The translations under genes were made by a program, and so were the position numbers. A stretch of 64,000 nucleotides of DNA. Source: Vicugna vicugna (lineage: Eukaryota). This document shows positions 1 to 11,859 of this stretch, piece by piece. Each line of letters starts with the position of its first letter. The first letter of the stretch is position 1. The stretch is from contig MU057584.1 in assembly GCA_013265495.1 (NCBI GenBank), positions 412,608 to 476,607 on the forward strand, read 5' to 3'. The notes beneath the pieces were generated by a model that had not been told where the DNA came from, did no database searches, and saw only the letters and a list, made by a program, of their open reading frames with translations.

Positions 1-38
1 CCATCTTCGAGTTTGACGTCTTCACCAGACTCTTTCAG
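1..38 (+). CDS. CBLC: CBLC coding exon (partial), TKB/EF-hand
   Basis: IFEFDVFTRLFQ then GTGAGG donor at 39. Confidence 0.93.
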
Positions 39-295
39 GTGAGGGGAGGCCAAAGCTGGAAGCTTAGACTTTTGGGTCCTGGGGGAAGGAGAGGCTGGGA
101 GCCCAGACTCCTAGATCTGAGGGAGGAGGGGCTAGGGACCCGGACTCCTGGGTCCTGGAGAAGGAAGAGTCTGGAATCTTCTGTGTCAGAGATATTCCTG
201 AGGCCTACCATGGGTGTGAGCAAGGTAGTGGGAGGCACTAGGGGTGAGGGCTGCTTCCTCAGCCCCTCCCTCACCCAAGTGCTGCCTCACCCTAG

Positions 296-417
296 CCATG
301 GCCAACACTCCTCAAGAATTGGCAGCTGCTGGCAGTCAACCACCCGGGCTACATGGCCTTCCTCACATATGACGAAGTCCGAGCACGTCTACAGGCCTGC
401 AGAGACAAGCCAGGCAG
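296..417 (+). CDS. CBLC: CBLC coding exon, SH2-like start
   Basis: cctag|[40 protein letters not shown]|gtaaa; 122 bp. Confidence 0.96.
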
Positions 418-774
418 GTAAAAGGACCCGGCCTCAGGAGAAGGAGGCTGCAGGAGGTGCAGGGGTCTGGGTCTTGGGCTGGGGCGATGGAAGCCCAGAC
501 ATCCTTCAGACAGCAAGGGCCACAGTACATGGGACCCCAAAGGGTCGAGAGCTCAGAGGTAAGATGCTAATGCCTCTTACCTCTGCAGTCTGGGTTCTCC
601 AAGGACCACCTAGACCTTCCCACAGTCCAGCAGTTAAAGGGACAATGCCTGCTCTGGTAGGGGGGCCTGAAGACCCTGCCCCAGGACAAATGTGTTTCTG
701 ACAGCTCAGAGCCCATGCTGTACCAGCTGTTAAATATTTTGTATGTGACCTTCTGACCTGCTGGACTTCACCTG

Positions 775-1200
775 CTGGAAGTTGCACTTCAAACTGGTGT
801 AAAGGGAAAGAGAAATTAATGAATTCCCATAATTGAAAAGACCAGGTGCAAGTTTCAGGCACATCTGGATCCAGGTGCCCAAGTGCTATTATCAGAAATT
901 GGTTCCTGTTTTTCCCTGGCTTCCTCCGTGTTAGCCTCATTCTCAAATATAGTCTTTCCTCATGGTGGTAAATGGTTTCTAGAAGCCCCAGCCCTACACT
1001 CTGCCAGTTTAGCAACCCCTGTAGAATGTGGGTGCCTTGCTCCTGATACTTCCAGCAAAATTTCCAGAGTTGATTCCCACCACTATGATCAGGGTCCTGA
1101 AATGCACTGGTTGGCCAAGACAGAATCAGTGTTGTCTAAACCCCAGAGAAGGTGGAGGAGGAGCCAAGCAGGTAAAAACAGCAGGTGTTCCCTATGGTGG
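775..1200. mobile_element. Old MaLR LTR (MLT1-like) fragment
   Basis: Degenerate motifs resembling MLT1 (tggatccagg, tgattcccactatga, gcactggttggcca); recalled, not aligned. Confidence 0.5.
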
Positions 1201-1354
1201 CGGATGGGGATCTAGCCTAAAAAGGAGGAAGCTGGGTTATAAGGGATTGAGGACTTAAACGCCTGGATCCGCACTAGGGTAAGGGGCCGGGAGGTTCCAG
1301 AAGGGACAGCAGTGACCACTCCCTAACCCCATCCCTTCCTACCTCTTCCTCCAG

Positions 1355-1492
1355 CTATATCTTCCGGCCTAGTTGCACTCGCCTGGGACAGTGGGCCATC
1401 GGATATGTGAGCTCAGATGGCAGTATCCTGCAGACCATCCCTCTCAACAAACCCCTGTTCCAGGCACTCCTGGAAGGACAAAAGGAAGGCTT
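1355..1492 (+). CDS. CBLC: CBLC coding exon, SH2-like
   Basis: ccag|[45 protein letters not shown]|gtgagt; 138 bp. Confidence 0.96.
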
Positions 1493-2061
1493 GTGAGTCA
1501 TCATCCTAGCAGGGGGAGGGTGTCAGCAGAACACACTGCAAAAGCTCATGCCTATTGAGCACTGCCCTAGATCACTACGACAGAGGGCACAGGGTTCACA
1601 GAGCAAACATAAATTTGCAATACTCCAGTGTTCCAGCAGGTGGCAGACAAGGATCCAGAGGAAGGGGCACCTTTCCTAGTTCCCACAAAGCTGCCATATT
1701 GGGCTAGCGGCAGCTCGGAGCTGTGTGTGGAAGTTGGGCACAACCCCAGTGGCCACCTTCCTTGGACTTGCACTCAAGGGCCTTTGCTTCTAGATAGCCA
1801 TATCCTCTTCTAGAATCCAGACCAGTTAGAGCAGGAGAACTGGGCAAAAAGTTAGACTGGGGTTTTCAATCTGTAATCTGGGCTGCCCCGGAGCCCCTCT
1901 TTTGGAAGCTGCCTTGGGTAGGAGGGGAGGGGGAAAAAAGGCAGGTGAGGTTCCTGAATCTTACCCTGGACCTTTAACCAGAGCCTTCTTAGCTAGCAGA
2001 CATATCTATATGATGTGCTATGAAACAGATGCTGGATAGATAGATAGACAGAGATAGATAA

Positions 2062-2736
2062 GCAGTTGATTCTCATTATTTCTCATTATTCATGGTAGTT
2101 CTATTGTACAAAAGTGCAACAAACACCGAGTTAGGAAATCCTAAGCCATGGCTCCTAGGGGAAATACAGGTGCAGGTTCCTGCAAGATTCTGGTCACGTT
2201 TTGGTCAATCAGTCGTTCCATAAGAAGATTCCTGTGTGTTTCTGTTTAAAGACACCTAATTTAACACATAACGTTGATTCATTCACATGGAACTCATGGC
2301 CAACAGCACTGTAACTCATGCCTGAATGAAGCTCGTCTGTCTCACCCCCGAATTTTCTCCATAAGTCACATCTCAGCCTTCTTGAGCTTAGGACATGAGA
2401 CTGAACTTCAGCACTTTGCTTGGGGTGGGGGGCATTTAAACTAGTGAAATCACCAAGAAAAAGCATTAAAATGTGGAAAACGGGACACTGAATAGACTGT
2501 GAAAATGACACGTTTACAGTGTGAGAGCTCAAAGGAGAAGGCCAAATGTTGCCTTGTTCACCCTCAGCTGGGAGCATGCCTGGCGGTGAATGACCACGGA
2601 AGGTGCCCAAGAATTGATTCTGAGGTTACAAATACATCGCGGAAGGTGCCCAAGGATTGATTCTGAGGTTACAAATACATTTTAGCAAGTAGGCACATTT
2701 GCAACCACGGAATCCACGAGTAATGAATATCTATTG
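2062..2736. mobile_element. TcMar-Tigger non-autonomous element (MER82-like)
   Basis: Begins cagttgattctcattatt and ends ...gagtaatgaatatctattg (degenerate terminal inverted repeat). Confidence 0.65.
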
Positions 2737-2895
2737 TGTGTGTGTGTATGTAAATATATACGTATACATACACACACACAAGAAAATTGAGGCACAGAGA
2801 GACAGAGATACATGTCCAGGTCACACAGCTCCTTAGCTAATAAACTGGGATTTGAAGCCAGGCAGCCAGGCTCAGAATTCAGGCTCTAAAGCATT

Positions 2896-3040
2896 TTTTT
2901 GTTTGTTTGTTTGGGGGCGAGATAATTAGGTTTATTTATTTATTTTAATTTAATTGTTTTTCATGGAGGTACTGGAGATTGAACCCAGGACCTTGAGCAT
3001 GCTAAGCACGTCCTCTACCACTGAGCTATGCCTTCCCCCT
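2896..3040 (-). mobile_element. tRNA-derived SINE (camelid Vic-1-like)
   Basis: Reverse A/B boxes, A-rich tail, TSD tctaa(a/c)gcatt at 2885 and 3041. Confidence 0.85.
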
Positions 3041-4139
3041 TCTAACGCATTATTATGTGCTGAGTTCCAGGTCAGATTTCATCGGAGGATTCCAGAGTTA
3101 AAATAAGTGCGAACACCATCGATCTGGTTTAGCCCCCCTGCCCTATGTGTTACACCCTCCCCCAATATTTTATCAATGGAAAAATCAAGAGGAGGGGAGG
3201 GGACACTAAGCTCTTTCTACCACACAGCGAGACATCTTTCTGGGTCTAACGCTGATCACAGCAGCTCCCCTCTTCCTGGGTGTTTCTGTGTGGGGATGAG
3301 TACTGCTTGTCTTCTGAGCACTGTCTTGTTAAATCCTCACCACCCATCTTTGCCCCAGGCACTATTATGTCCATTTTACAGAAGAGGAAACTTGAGGCCA
3401 GAGAGGTAGAGTTGCCTGGCCCTGGTCACACAGTGTGTTTGTGGGAGAGCTGCACCAGGGCCCAGGTAGAGCCACTGGCCTTGGGGGACTTGTGACCCTG
3501 AGTTGATCTCGGGGTGCAGTTACAACCTGGATGGGAGGCCCTGAGTGCGCAGAGCCTTTCTCTGGGCTGCTTGGAGCCTGGCGCTCAGACCTGGCCCACA
3601 GCCCTGGTTCCGTTCCCCTCACGGCCTCTCTGTGTGGCCTTGGGCATCGCCTTCCTGGCACACTGAGCCCCGTCACCCTCTGTAAAGCATGAAGTAGTGT
3701 AGATGGACTAGGAGGTCCTTCCAGCCCTGTGGGCCTCAGACTCTAGGACTTGGTCACTCCAGCAATCTGTGACTAAGATGCTTTTTTACGATGGGGCCTG
3801 AAGACTCTGGAACTGGTGAAGTTCCAGGGTTGGGGGTGCTGGGCCTGAGGTTCTGAGGTTCCGGGTTCTCATTCACCTGGTCTGAGCTTCCAGGCTGGAG
3901 TCGTTTAGTGTGCCTTTCTATGGGGGTCTGAGAGGATGTGGCCTACCCTGGAGGGTTCTGAGGGGACGTGGCTTGACCTGGGGTTTGAGGGGACACAGCT
4001 TGCCCTAGAAAGTCCCACTGTGAGGAGAAGGGAGGGAAAATAGCCCCAGGCCAGCAGTGTGTTTGGGGCAGATGCTCTGTGGCCGGGCAGTGAATGCGGG
4101 ATGGCCCCTCGGCAACCCTCTCTTGCCTCCCCCACCCAG

Positions 4140-4227
4140 CTACCTCTACCCAGATGGGAAGAACCACAACCCGGACCTGACTGAACTCTACCGGATGGAA
4201 ACCTATCAGCGCATCCACGTGTCAGAG
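4140..4227 (+). CDS. CBLC: CBLC coding exon
   Basis: ccag|YLYPDGKNHNPDLTELYRMETYQRIHVSE|gtgagg; 88 bp. Confidence 0.96.
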
Positions 4228-4923
4228 GTGAGGCCCAGGCCTGGGCCCCTAACCCCTGCCCATGCCACCCCCCCACCCGCCGCCTCACCTCACCTCACCG
4301 TGGCTCAGGAATCCTCTCCATCGGAGTTCAGCCCTGGACTCCTGGAGGCGGGGAGTTTTGTGCTGGCTTGGTGGCCACGTGACCTGAAGTGTATCACTTG
4401 GCCTCTCAGAGCCTCTCTGTTCCTCCTCTGGAAAACACAGCTCCTCCTGCCTCCTACCCAGGGGTTTTCGTGGGGATTAAACCAGGAAATGATACTGCTG
4501 AGCTCACCGGAGCAGCTAATGCACTTTGCGCATTCACCGGGGGCAGCCCCTGGGCCAGTTCCTGGCCTTCCAGCCATCCCGCAGTAAAAGCAATGACAAA
4601 TACGGGGGTTTTTTTTAGTACAATTATATCCCGTGCAATATTTGGGATACACTTATACTAAAAACGTATTCATCATTTAATCTGAAAATCAAATGGAACA
4701 GGGCATCCAGTATGTTTATTGGCTGAATCTGGCATCCCTGAGTGTAGACCACCCCCAAGAACGAGTCCATAAGAAAAGCCCAAGTAGGAGGCAGTTGGGC
4801 ACCCGGCCTTGAACTTGGGAGAGCGTCCAGGGCTGGTGCAGAGGTTTGAGACTTTGTGACCCGGCTTGTATCCCAGTGGTTGACATCAGCACTCCTTCCC
4901 GGCATCCCCGTCTCGCCTGCCAG

Positions 4924-5055
4924 GAGCAGCTGCAGCTGTACTGGGCCATGGACTCCACGTTTGAGCTCTGCAAGATCTGCACCGAGAGCAACAAGGACGT
5001 GAAGATTGAGCCGTGCGGGCACCTGCTCTGTGGCCGCTGTCTGGCTGCCTGGCAG
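4924..5055 (+). CDS. CBLC: CBLC coding exon, linker and first half of RING
   Basis: cag|[44 protein letters not shown]|gtagct; 132 bp. Confidence 0.97.
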
Positions 5056-5519
5056 GTAGCTGACCCGGTCCCCGCGCCCTGCCTTAAAAGCCCCCAGACA
5101 CTCGCCCAGATGCCTCACTAATTACGTGGGGAAACTGAGGCCCAGGGAAAGCAGAGGCTCACTCTGCATCTGTCACCTCGGCTTCTCCTGCAGTCACACT
5201 GTTAGTTGAAAATGCCACGACATTGGCCCTGGTGTGAGAGGGGGTGTCTGTGAGGCTGGTTCCAATTAATACAGCCTCAGGCATTCCTAGTCAATTGCAT
5301 TTCCTTGCTGGGTGATCTGGGGCCAGTGGCTTCACCTCTCTGAGCCTTAGCTGCCTTCTCAGGAGATGAGCTGATGGGAGTAACCTCCCAAGGGAGGATC
5401 CAGGCCTACAAAGCTAAGGCTTGGGCTGGAGAAGCCTCAGGGTAAAGGGAGCCCCTGTGGATTACAGGTGTCGGGTACTAAGCTTTTCAATTGTAATGTA
5501 AGTGTTTGACATTAAGTTG

Positions 5520-6035
5520 TTGGTTGTGGAGCATCCACATCAAAGACATCCATCTCAATGACACAGCGACTAGCAGAACAACTAGATAAGGGACCAGGCC
5601 GCTCTCACCCCTGAAGTTTCCTTTTAATAGAAGTACTGGGGATTGAACCCAGGACCTCGTGCAGGCTAAGCATGTGCTCCACCCCTAAGCTACACCCTCC
5701 CCCCTGCAGGGTCCCTTTAGAAAGCTTTGGATAACTGACCATTTGAGTGGCCCCGTTTCTCACCTCCCATATCCTGATTCTGGCTCTTCTGCTTTAAATT
5801 GGCCAATAAAGAGTGAACCTCAGAAAACCTAGGCACCCTGCTCAGCCCCTAATAAAGGCAGAGCCTCAGGTCCGCCCCCCTCCCTCCCTTTCTCTCCACC
5901 CGCTCTCTGAGGTAGAGACCTCCCGCAGCCTCCAGGACCTGTGAGTAATTCATCTCGCTCTTTAAAGTTCCCTAATGGTTGATGCTGAGGGGAGCTCTGC
6001 AGTCATAAGAACCAAAGGGCTGGTCCAGCCAGACA
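5520..6035 (+). mobile_element. Solo ERV LTR with nested SINE
   Basis: CCAAT and TATA-like aataaagg, CT-rich R region, ends ccagccagaca; possible 4-bp TSD ttgg; exact ends uncertain. Confidence 0.65.
5621..5704 (-). mobile_element. tRNA-derived SINE nested in LTR
   Basis: gtactggggattgaacccaggacc...ctaagctacaccctccc. Confidence 0.85.
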
Positions 6036-6315
6036 TTGGCCTCAGGCATTCCTAGCCAACAGCATCACTACTGCGGGGCTGAGACCACAATGCACCCTGC
6101 CTCCCTCAGCTCCTCCTGACCTCGGGCTCTGGTCCTGTCCCTCCTTCCCATCCTACATCTCTCTCTCCATCGCCCTCTCTTCATAGTTCCTCCTCTCTCT
6201 TTCAATTTCCCTCCCTCTAGCTGTCCTCCCCTCATCATTCTGTTGGGGATGTAGTCCCAGGGCACGTGGTGGGAAACAGAGAGATCCTGACCCTTTCCCT
6301 GCCCATCTCCCCCAG

Positions 6316-6477
6316 CAATCAGACAGCCAGACCTGCCCCTTCTGCCGCTGCGAGATTAAGGGCCAAGAGGCTGTGAGTATCCATCAATCCCAAGGGAGGC
6401 CAGAGGACACCAGTGCCACTGCTGAGGACTCAGGGGACAGCAGTGATGGGGAAGATGGGGAGGAGGAGCTGGAGCAG
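6316..6477 (+). CDS. CBLC: CBLC coding exon, second half of RING and acidic stretch
   Basis: cccag|QSDSQTCPFCRCEIKGQEAV...EEELEQ|gtaagc; 162 bp. Confidence 0.95.
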
Positions 6478-6791
6478 GTAAGCACGGCCAGGCAGGAGCT
6501 GGAACTGGAATTCCTGGGTCTGAGGGAGGAGGGGCTGGGGGCCTGGATCCTGGGGCCTAGGAGAGGAGGGGGCTTGGTGACAGGATACCGGGGTCTTAGG
6601 GGCCTAGACCTTTGCTTCCCCTGGGGTCGCGGCTGTGGCTCTCTCCAGTTGTGACCCTCCTGAGGTTTAGGACTCTGTCTCATTCGCCATCCTATCTCCA
6701 AGGCCTAGAAGAATGCCTGAAGGCTAGGGGGACATGGAGACGAGAGAAAATGGCAGCTCACAACCCCCTCCCCACCCTCTGTCTCCCCTAG

Positions 6792-6872
6792 GGGGCCACC
6801 TCAGCTCCTCCTCTGCCCCCTCGGCTGGATCTGTTCCCCAGGAATCCCAGCAGCAAATGCCAGCTGAAGGTG
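6792..6872 (+). CDS. CBLC: CBLC coding exon, proline-rich SH3-binding motif
   Basis: cctag|GATSAPPLPPRLDLFPRNPSSKCQLKV|gtgagt; 81 bp. Confidence 0.9.
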
Positions 6873-9004
6873 GTGAGTCAGGCACTGGTCTGAGGTGGGT
6901 GGCTTGGGTCTCGGTCATCCCTGGCACCCCTGGTCTGGCACTCGGGCTGCAGGCCAGTCACCTATTCTTTGCACCCACTTACAAGGGGCTGTGCCATGTA
7001 CATCCACACTGTTATAGCCTCTTCTCTTGTCGTCTCCTTTACTTATTCCCCCAACTGGCTTTCTGGCTCTCCTTCCAGCATCCCAGGCATGCCCTACCCC
7101 AGGGCCTTTGCACAAGCTGTTCCTGCTGCCTGGATCTCCTTTCTCCAGACTCGCTTTCTCTGCTCCTCAGGGAGGCCTTCCCAGACCACCCTGTTGAAAA
7201 TAGTGGCCCCTGTCCCTCCAAGCCCCTGTCAGCTGCCTTCTCTTAGTCCTTTCCGCCAGCTGACAGAGTGTTACAGTCTATTGTTTCCTGTCACTGTCAG
7301 CAGGTTGTAACCCTCCTGAAGGTTAGGACATTGCTTTATTCTCTGTCATATGAACCATGCCTGACACATAGTAGGTGCTTAATAAACAGACATTGAGTGA
7401 CTCAATCAAATGAGTCTTCCCAACAGCCCTATGAAGTCTGAATGTTCCTCTCCTCATTTTCCAGACGAAAAAAGCTCAGGGAGGGGATTGCACCTGCCCA
7501 AACACATAGCCTGAAAGAGAAATCTTAAAAACCCCAAATCATCTGCTTACTTTCTAAGTGAGCCCCATCCTTGTTTTTATGTCTCCCCCCACCCTCTAGG
7601 TGAAACCCTAGGGTTTTCCAAGCCCCTGGCTGGCTGGGGAGGGGCAGTTCTCTGTTAGCATCTCAGGCTGAGTACACACCAGATCCAATCGATACTGGGC
7701 AGTCTTCAAACAAACAGCTCAGGAAGTCCAGGAACATTATTCGACCACAGCAAACAGGAGAGCCAGCAGGAAGGAGGGGGGCGGGAGCGGGGCGTGGTGA
7801 CACCAGCCAGGGAAGCTAAAAACAGATCCCGACCTGCAGCCAAAAACAAATGGAAACATTCAGAGGCACTCAAGGCTCCCTGAGGACAATGAGGGGGTCA
7901 CAGGCTGATGGGGCCCCTCTGGCCAGATGGCCGCTGAGTGTGCTACTTCCCAGAAAGGTGACTGTCGTAATGAGAAGAACTAATGCGTTTATCACTGTTA
8001 CTATATGTCTGTGCTGCTTGTTTAATGTAGTCACTTAGTTGTCATGACAACCTGATGACGTAGGTGCTATTATGATCCCCATTATACAGAGGGGTCCACT
8101 GAAGCTACGGGATGTGAAGGTCTCCCAGCTCAAAAGTGAGAGAGTCAGGACTGGAACCCAGGCCCCTGGCTCCAGACTCCAGAGTTCATCCTTGATTTCC
8201 GTGTCTGTAAAATGGGCGTGATGTCAGTCCCTGCCATGTGGGGCCGCTGTGGGCACTGGATGAATCCCCCGCTGGGCCTGCTCCCACACCAGCAGAGAAA
8301 CCCCCCACTAGGAGTGACACCATGGTTCAGCGGGACCCAGGCACCTCGCTGTGGCCTCTGGGGACCTCTCCCCTCTTTGGTGTCTCCATGTGGAAAATGC
8401 AGACAAGCATTTTCCACATGGAGACACCCTGTGCCCATGGGTTTTGATGGAAGTCAGCAAGATTGGGCATTTGTAACCTGAATCAGATCCCCTCCCTCAC
8501 CTCTCAGAAGCCCCCAAGACCCCAGGGCTCAAGAATTAAAGCCAAAGTCCTCTCTACCAGCCCACAAGGCCTGGGGATCTGAGCCCTACCCACCTCTCTG
8601 ACCTCCTACCACCCCCTCAGCTCCTTTCCAGCAACGATGGACCCCTTGCTGTTCTCCTAACAAGCCAGCAAGCCCACCACCCTCTGGGCACTTCTGCCTG
8701 CATCCTTCTTGCACTCAGGCTTCTGCTCAGTTTCCCCTTCCTCCAAGAGGCCTTCCCCAGCCACCCTCACGTCTCATCATCCCCTCTCTCCTCCTGTACT
8801 ATTTCCATCCTCTGAAGGACACCTAACACTCTCCAGGCTATTTCCTTATTATGCACTGATTACTCACGGTAAGCCCCTTGCTTAGCAGACTATCAGCTCC
8901 ATGAGGACAGAGATTTTTTTTCTGTCAGTTCAGACAGTTCGTGGCTGTCTCTTCAGAGCCTAGAACAGTGCCTGACACACTGTAGCTGCTCAGGAAATTT
9001 GTGA

Positions 9005-9247
9005 GATGAATGAATGAATGAAGAGATGGGTAGCGGATGTGTGGATGAATAGATGGATGGACAGACAGATGGATGGGGGATAAAAGGGGATGGATGGGGG
9101 ATAAAAGGGGATGGATGGATGGGTGGGTGGATGAGTGGGTGAGTGGGTGGGTATATGAATAGGTAGATGGGTGGATGGATGGATGAATGGATGGGTGGAT
9201 GGATGGATGGATGAGTGGACAGATGGATGGATTAATGGATAGATGGA
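9005..9247. repeat. (GGAT/GAAT)n microsatellite at the tail of an L2 fragment
   Basis: Visible tetramer repeats; includes a duplicated ggatggatgggggataaaagg unit. Confidence 0.9.
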
Positions 9248-9428
9248 AAAACAAAACTTTTTTCCACTCAAGCCAGAGGTGTTGGGGAAAAAAGCAGCAT
9301 GGACTGGGGACAAGACCCTGCCATTCCCCTCCCCGCCACCACCACCACTGTGTTACCCCTGTCGGGGCCTGTGACATGGAGCTCAGCTGCAGCTCAGCTG
9401 TGAAATTTCTTAATCTCCTCCCCTCCAG

Positions 9429-9544
9429 GCGACTCTGGCCCTCCCCAGACTTCGGGCCCCTCTTACCTTGCCAAGAATTTGGACTGTGGCCTCAGCCCCA
9501 TGGGAAGTCACCTCCAGCCCCCAGGCCAGGGAGGGAGCTAGAGA
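9429..9544 (+). CDS. CBLC: CBLC penultimate coding exon (116 bp, mouse-like C-terminus)
   Basis: ctccag|[38 protein letters not shown]|gtaagt; resembles recalled mouse Cblc tail (LPRLR...WEVTS). Confidence 0.8.
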
Positions 9545-9666
9545 GTAAGTGGAGAGGGCAGCTGGGGTCCAGGACTCCTAGGTCTGAGAGAAGAGGGGGT
9601 GGGGGCGGCAGGAGGACACTGGTCCTAGGAAATCAACAGCCCCCCCACCAACTCTCCCCACTGCAG

Positions 9667-9676
9667 AAACTCCTAA
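9667..9676 (+). CDS. CBLC: CBLC last coding bases (E-N-S-stop); exon continues to 9731
   Basis: ctgcag|a aac tcc TAA; donor GTGAGG at 9732. Confidence 0.78.
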
Positions 9677-9845
9677 AGGGAGAGTCCCCTCTCCAGCTGC
9701 CCCGAGGGACCCACGAAGGCCTAGATGCCAGGTGAGGTCCCTGCCCCGCCCAGGGTCCTTCCCTCAGCCTGGTCCTTCCTGCCCTATGCCACCTGGATGT
9801 GATACTATCTAAATTATCTAAACCACGTCTCTTTCCGCCTCACAG

Positions 9846-9930
9846 GGCACCAAGATGTGCTGCTCAAGGGAGCCCCAGGGGCTGAAGGGGTTCCTCAAGC
9901 GGAAATAAACTGCCAAGCCTGGTCTGTCCT
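9846..9930 (+). other. CBLC: CBLC terminal 3'UTR exon with poly(A) signal
   Basis: Acceptor cctcacag at 9845; AATAAA 9904-9909; GT-rich sequence follows. Confidence 0.85.
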
Positions 9931-10719
9931 CTGGTGTGTGGAGATGAAGTGTAGCAGCCACCAAGGGGCAGCCTGGTGTCGGGAAGAGGCGGTCCCTGAG
10001 GCCTGATCCCCACCTGATCAAGCCGTGTCCCTCTTCAGAGAGCCAAGAGTGAGGGACTCTGCTCCTCTGGATCCAGGAGTCTAGGCCCCAAGATCCCTCC
10101 TCCCTCAGACCCAGGAGTCCCACCCTCAGGACTTAGGCATCCAGAGTCTCAATTCTCAGAGAATCGGGCATCCAACTCCCTTCCCCCATCATGGAAAAAA
10201 AAAAAATTCCCTGGACCCAAACCCAGATATCCGAGTTCTGAGTCCCCACATTTCCTTGAGAGTTATCATCTGGTCTTGCCAGAGTCTGTTCTCATCCCTC
10301 TCTTTGCTCCATTCCTCGGTGGGATCCTTCTCCCAGAGTAGAGCTGACAAGTAGAACTTGTCCAAGACAAGCTGAGGAAGTATCTCCCCACCTCATCACC
10401 AATCCCGGAGGGACCCGAGCCTCCCTCCACTTGAGTGTAAACCAGTTGGCACCTCTGAGCCCCTACCCCGTGCCCAGCCCCAGGCTGGATAATGCTGAGC
10501 ACATGGCAGGGACCACTGCCCTCCTGGGGCTCACAGTCCTGTCCCCAAACGATGACACAGAGTGGGCAGAGCCGGGATGGGGGCAGCAGCCCAGGGAGCT
10601 GCAGGAGCCTGGGGCCGATAGCTGACCCAGCCTCTGAGATCTGGGAGGGCTTCCAGGAGGAGGGGATGTACAAGCTGCATCTGAAAAGATAAAGAAAAGG
10701 TATTTCAGTGTAAACAGAG

Positions 10720-11500
10720 CATGGAAGCCTGCGTCACAAATTTAGTTTCAAGCAACAGAAGCCTCCTCTGGGGTAGGAAAGGAATTGATTGAGAGGACTT
10801 AGGATCACTCACAGATTCCCAGGAGTGATTAGAGAACCAGGATTGGAAAGTCATCAAGAACACTGGCAGCTGGCCTCCAACCATAGCCCAGCCACGATCA
10901 CACCACCAAACTGGTTTAATAAGGTTACGCTGGTGCCTCAGTGACCACTGGACACCAGTCATCTCACTGCCTCTGCTGCCCCAGAAACAAGCTGTGTCTT
11001 CTAACTGCTCAGTGAACAAAGCACACCGAAACTTAATGGTGAATGACAACAATCGTGTTATGATCTCTCGTGGTTGCTGTGGGCCAGGATTTGGGGAGGG
11101 GATCATTTGGGTGGTTGTGGCTCAGGGTGCAGTTGAGTGATGCTTGGAGCAGGGCAGCTGGGGGCTGGGCAGGCATCCCCCATGTGGTCCCCACATTGGC
11201 TAGTCTGGGCTTCCCCACAGCATGGCTGTCCCAAACAAGTCAGACTGCTTGTATGAAGGCTGAAGGCTTCCTGGAGACTGCTACAGTGACCCAGGGAGAA
11301 GCGACATGGCTTTTTCAACTTAATCTTGGGAGTCATGGATTGTCACTTCTGCCTCATTCTAATGGTGACCTGCGAGTCACAAAACTGCACGGATTTAAGA
11401 GGAGGGGACACAGATCCCACCTCTCAGTGGAAAGAGTGTCAAGATCAGGTTGTCCTAGAGCACGCGGGATGAGAGCTATGGTTACAGCCATCTTTAGAAA
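10720..11500. mobile_element. MaLR (MLT1-like) LTR fragments
   Basis: Typical motifs (aacttaatgg, tagatcccacctctc-like, gccatctttagaaa); recalled, not aligned. Confidence 0.55.
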
Positions 11501-11859
11501 GTAGAATCCATTCCCGCTGCCAGAGCAGCAAGAGATTTGCCCTTCCCTGTTTATTTGGCATCGTGAGCACCTGATTCCAAGCGAAGCAGGATTCGCCAGA
11601 CTTAGGTCACCTGAGCTGCAATGGAGGCAGGAAAGCAAACATCTGTCCTTCTTGGTTTCAACAGAGGACCATGGGCTTTCAGAGAGCACAGATTTTTTTA
11701 AATGTGGGAAGTGGGTACAGATGCTAGCCAACTCTCCCCCCCAAAAAGTCTCACACAGTAAGTAAGATAACAGGATGGAGGCAGAGAAAAGATAGAACGT
11801 GTTAATGAAAATGTATCTGTATCTCCATCTGAGGCGGCAAAGATGGAACTGGAAAATTC

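Larger units (their letters stand above)
1..9930 (+). other. CBLC: CBLC gene span (5'-truncated by window): E3 ubiquitin ligase CBL-C
   Basis: Spliced exons give the TKB end ([21 protein letters not shown]...), linker ([10 protein letters not shown]), C3HC4 RING (CKIC..PCGHLLC..C..CPFCR) and a short Pro-rich tail. Coding exons 1-38, 296-417, 1355-1492, 4140-4227, 4924-5055, 6316-6477, 6792-6872, 9429-9544, 9667-9676; UTR exon from 9846. Confidence 0.97.

Noticed and set aside
8925..9377. (HPSI)n ORFs
   Set aside because: Translation of a GGAT microsatellite.
10386..10430. Minus-strand GGSGPSGIGDEV resembling the end of BCAM exon 14
   Set aside because: Too short and low-complexity; no further similarity.
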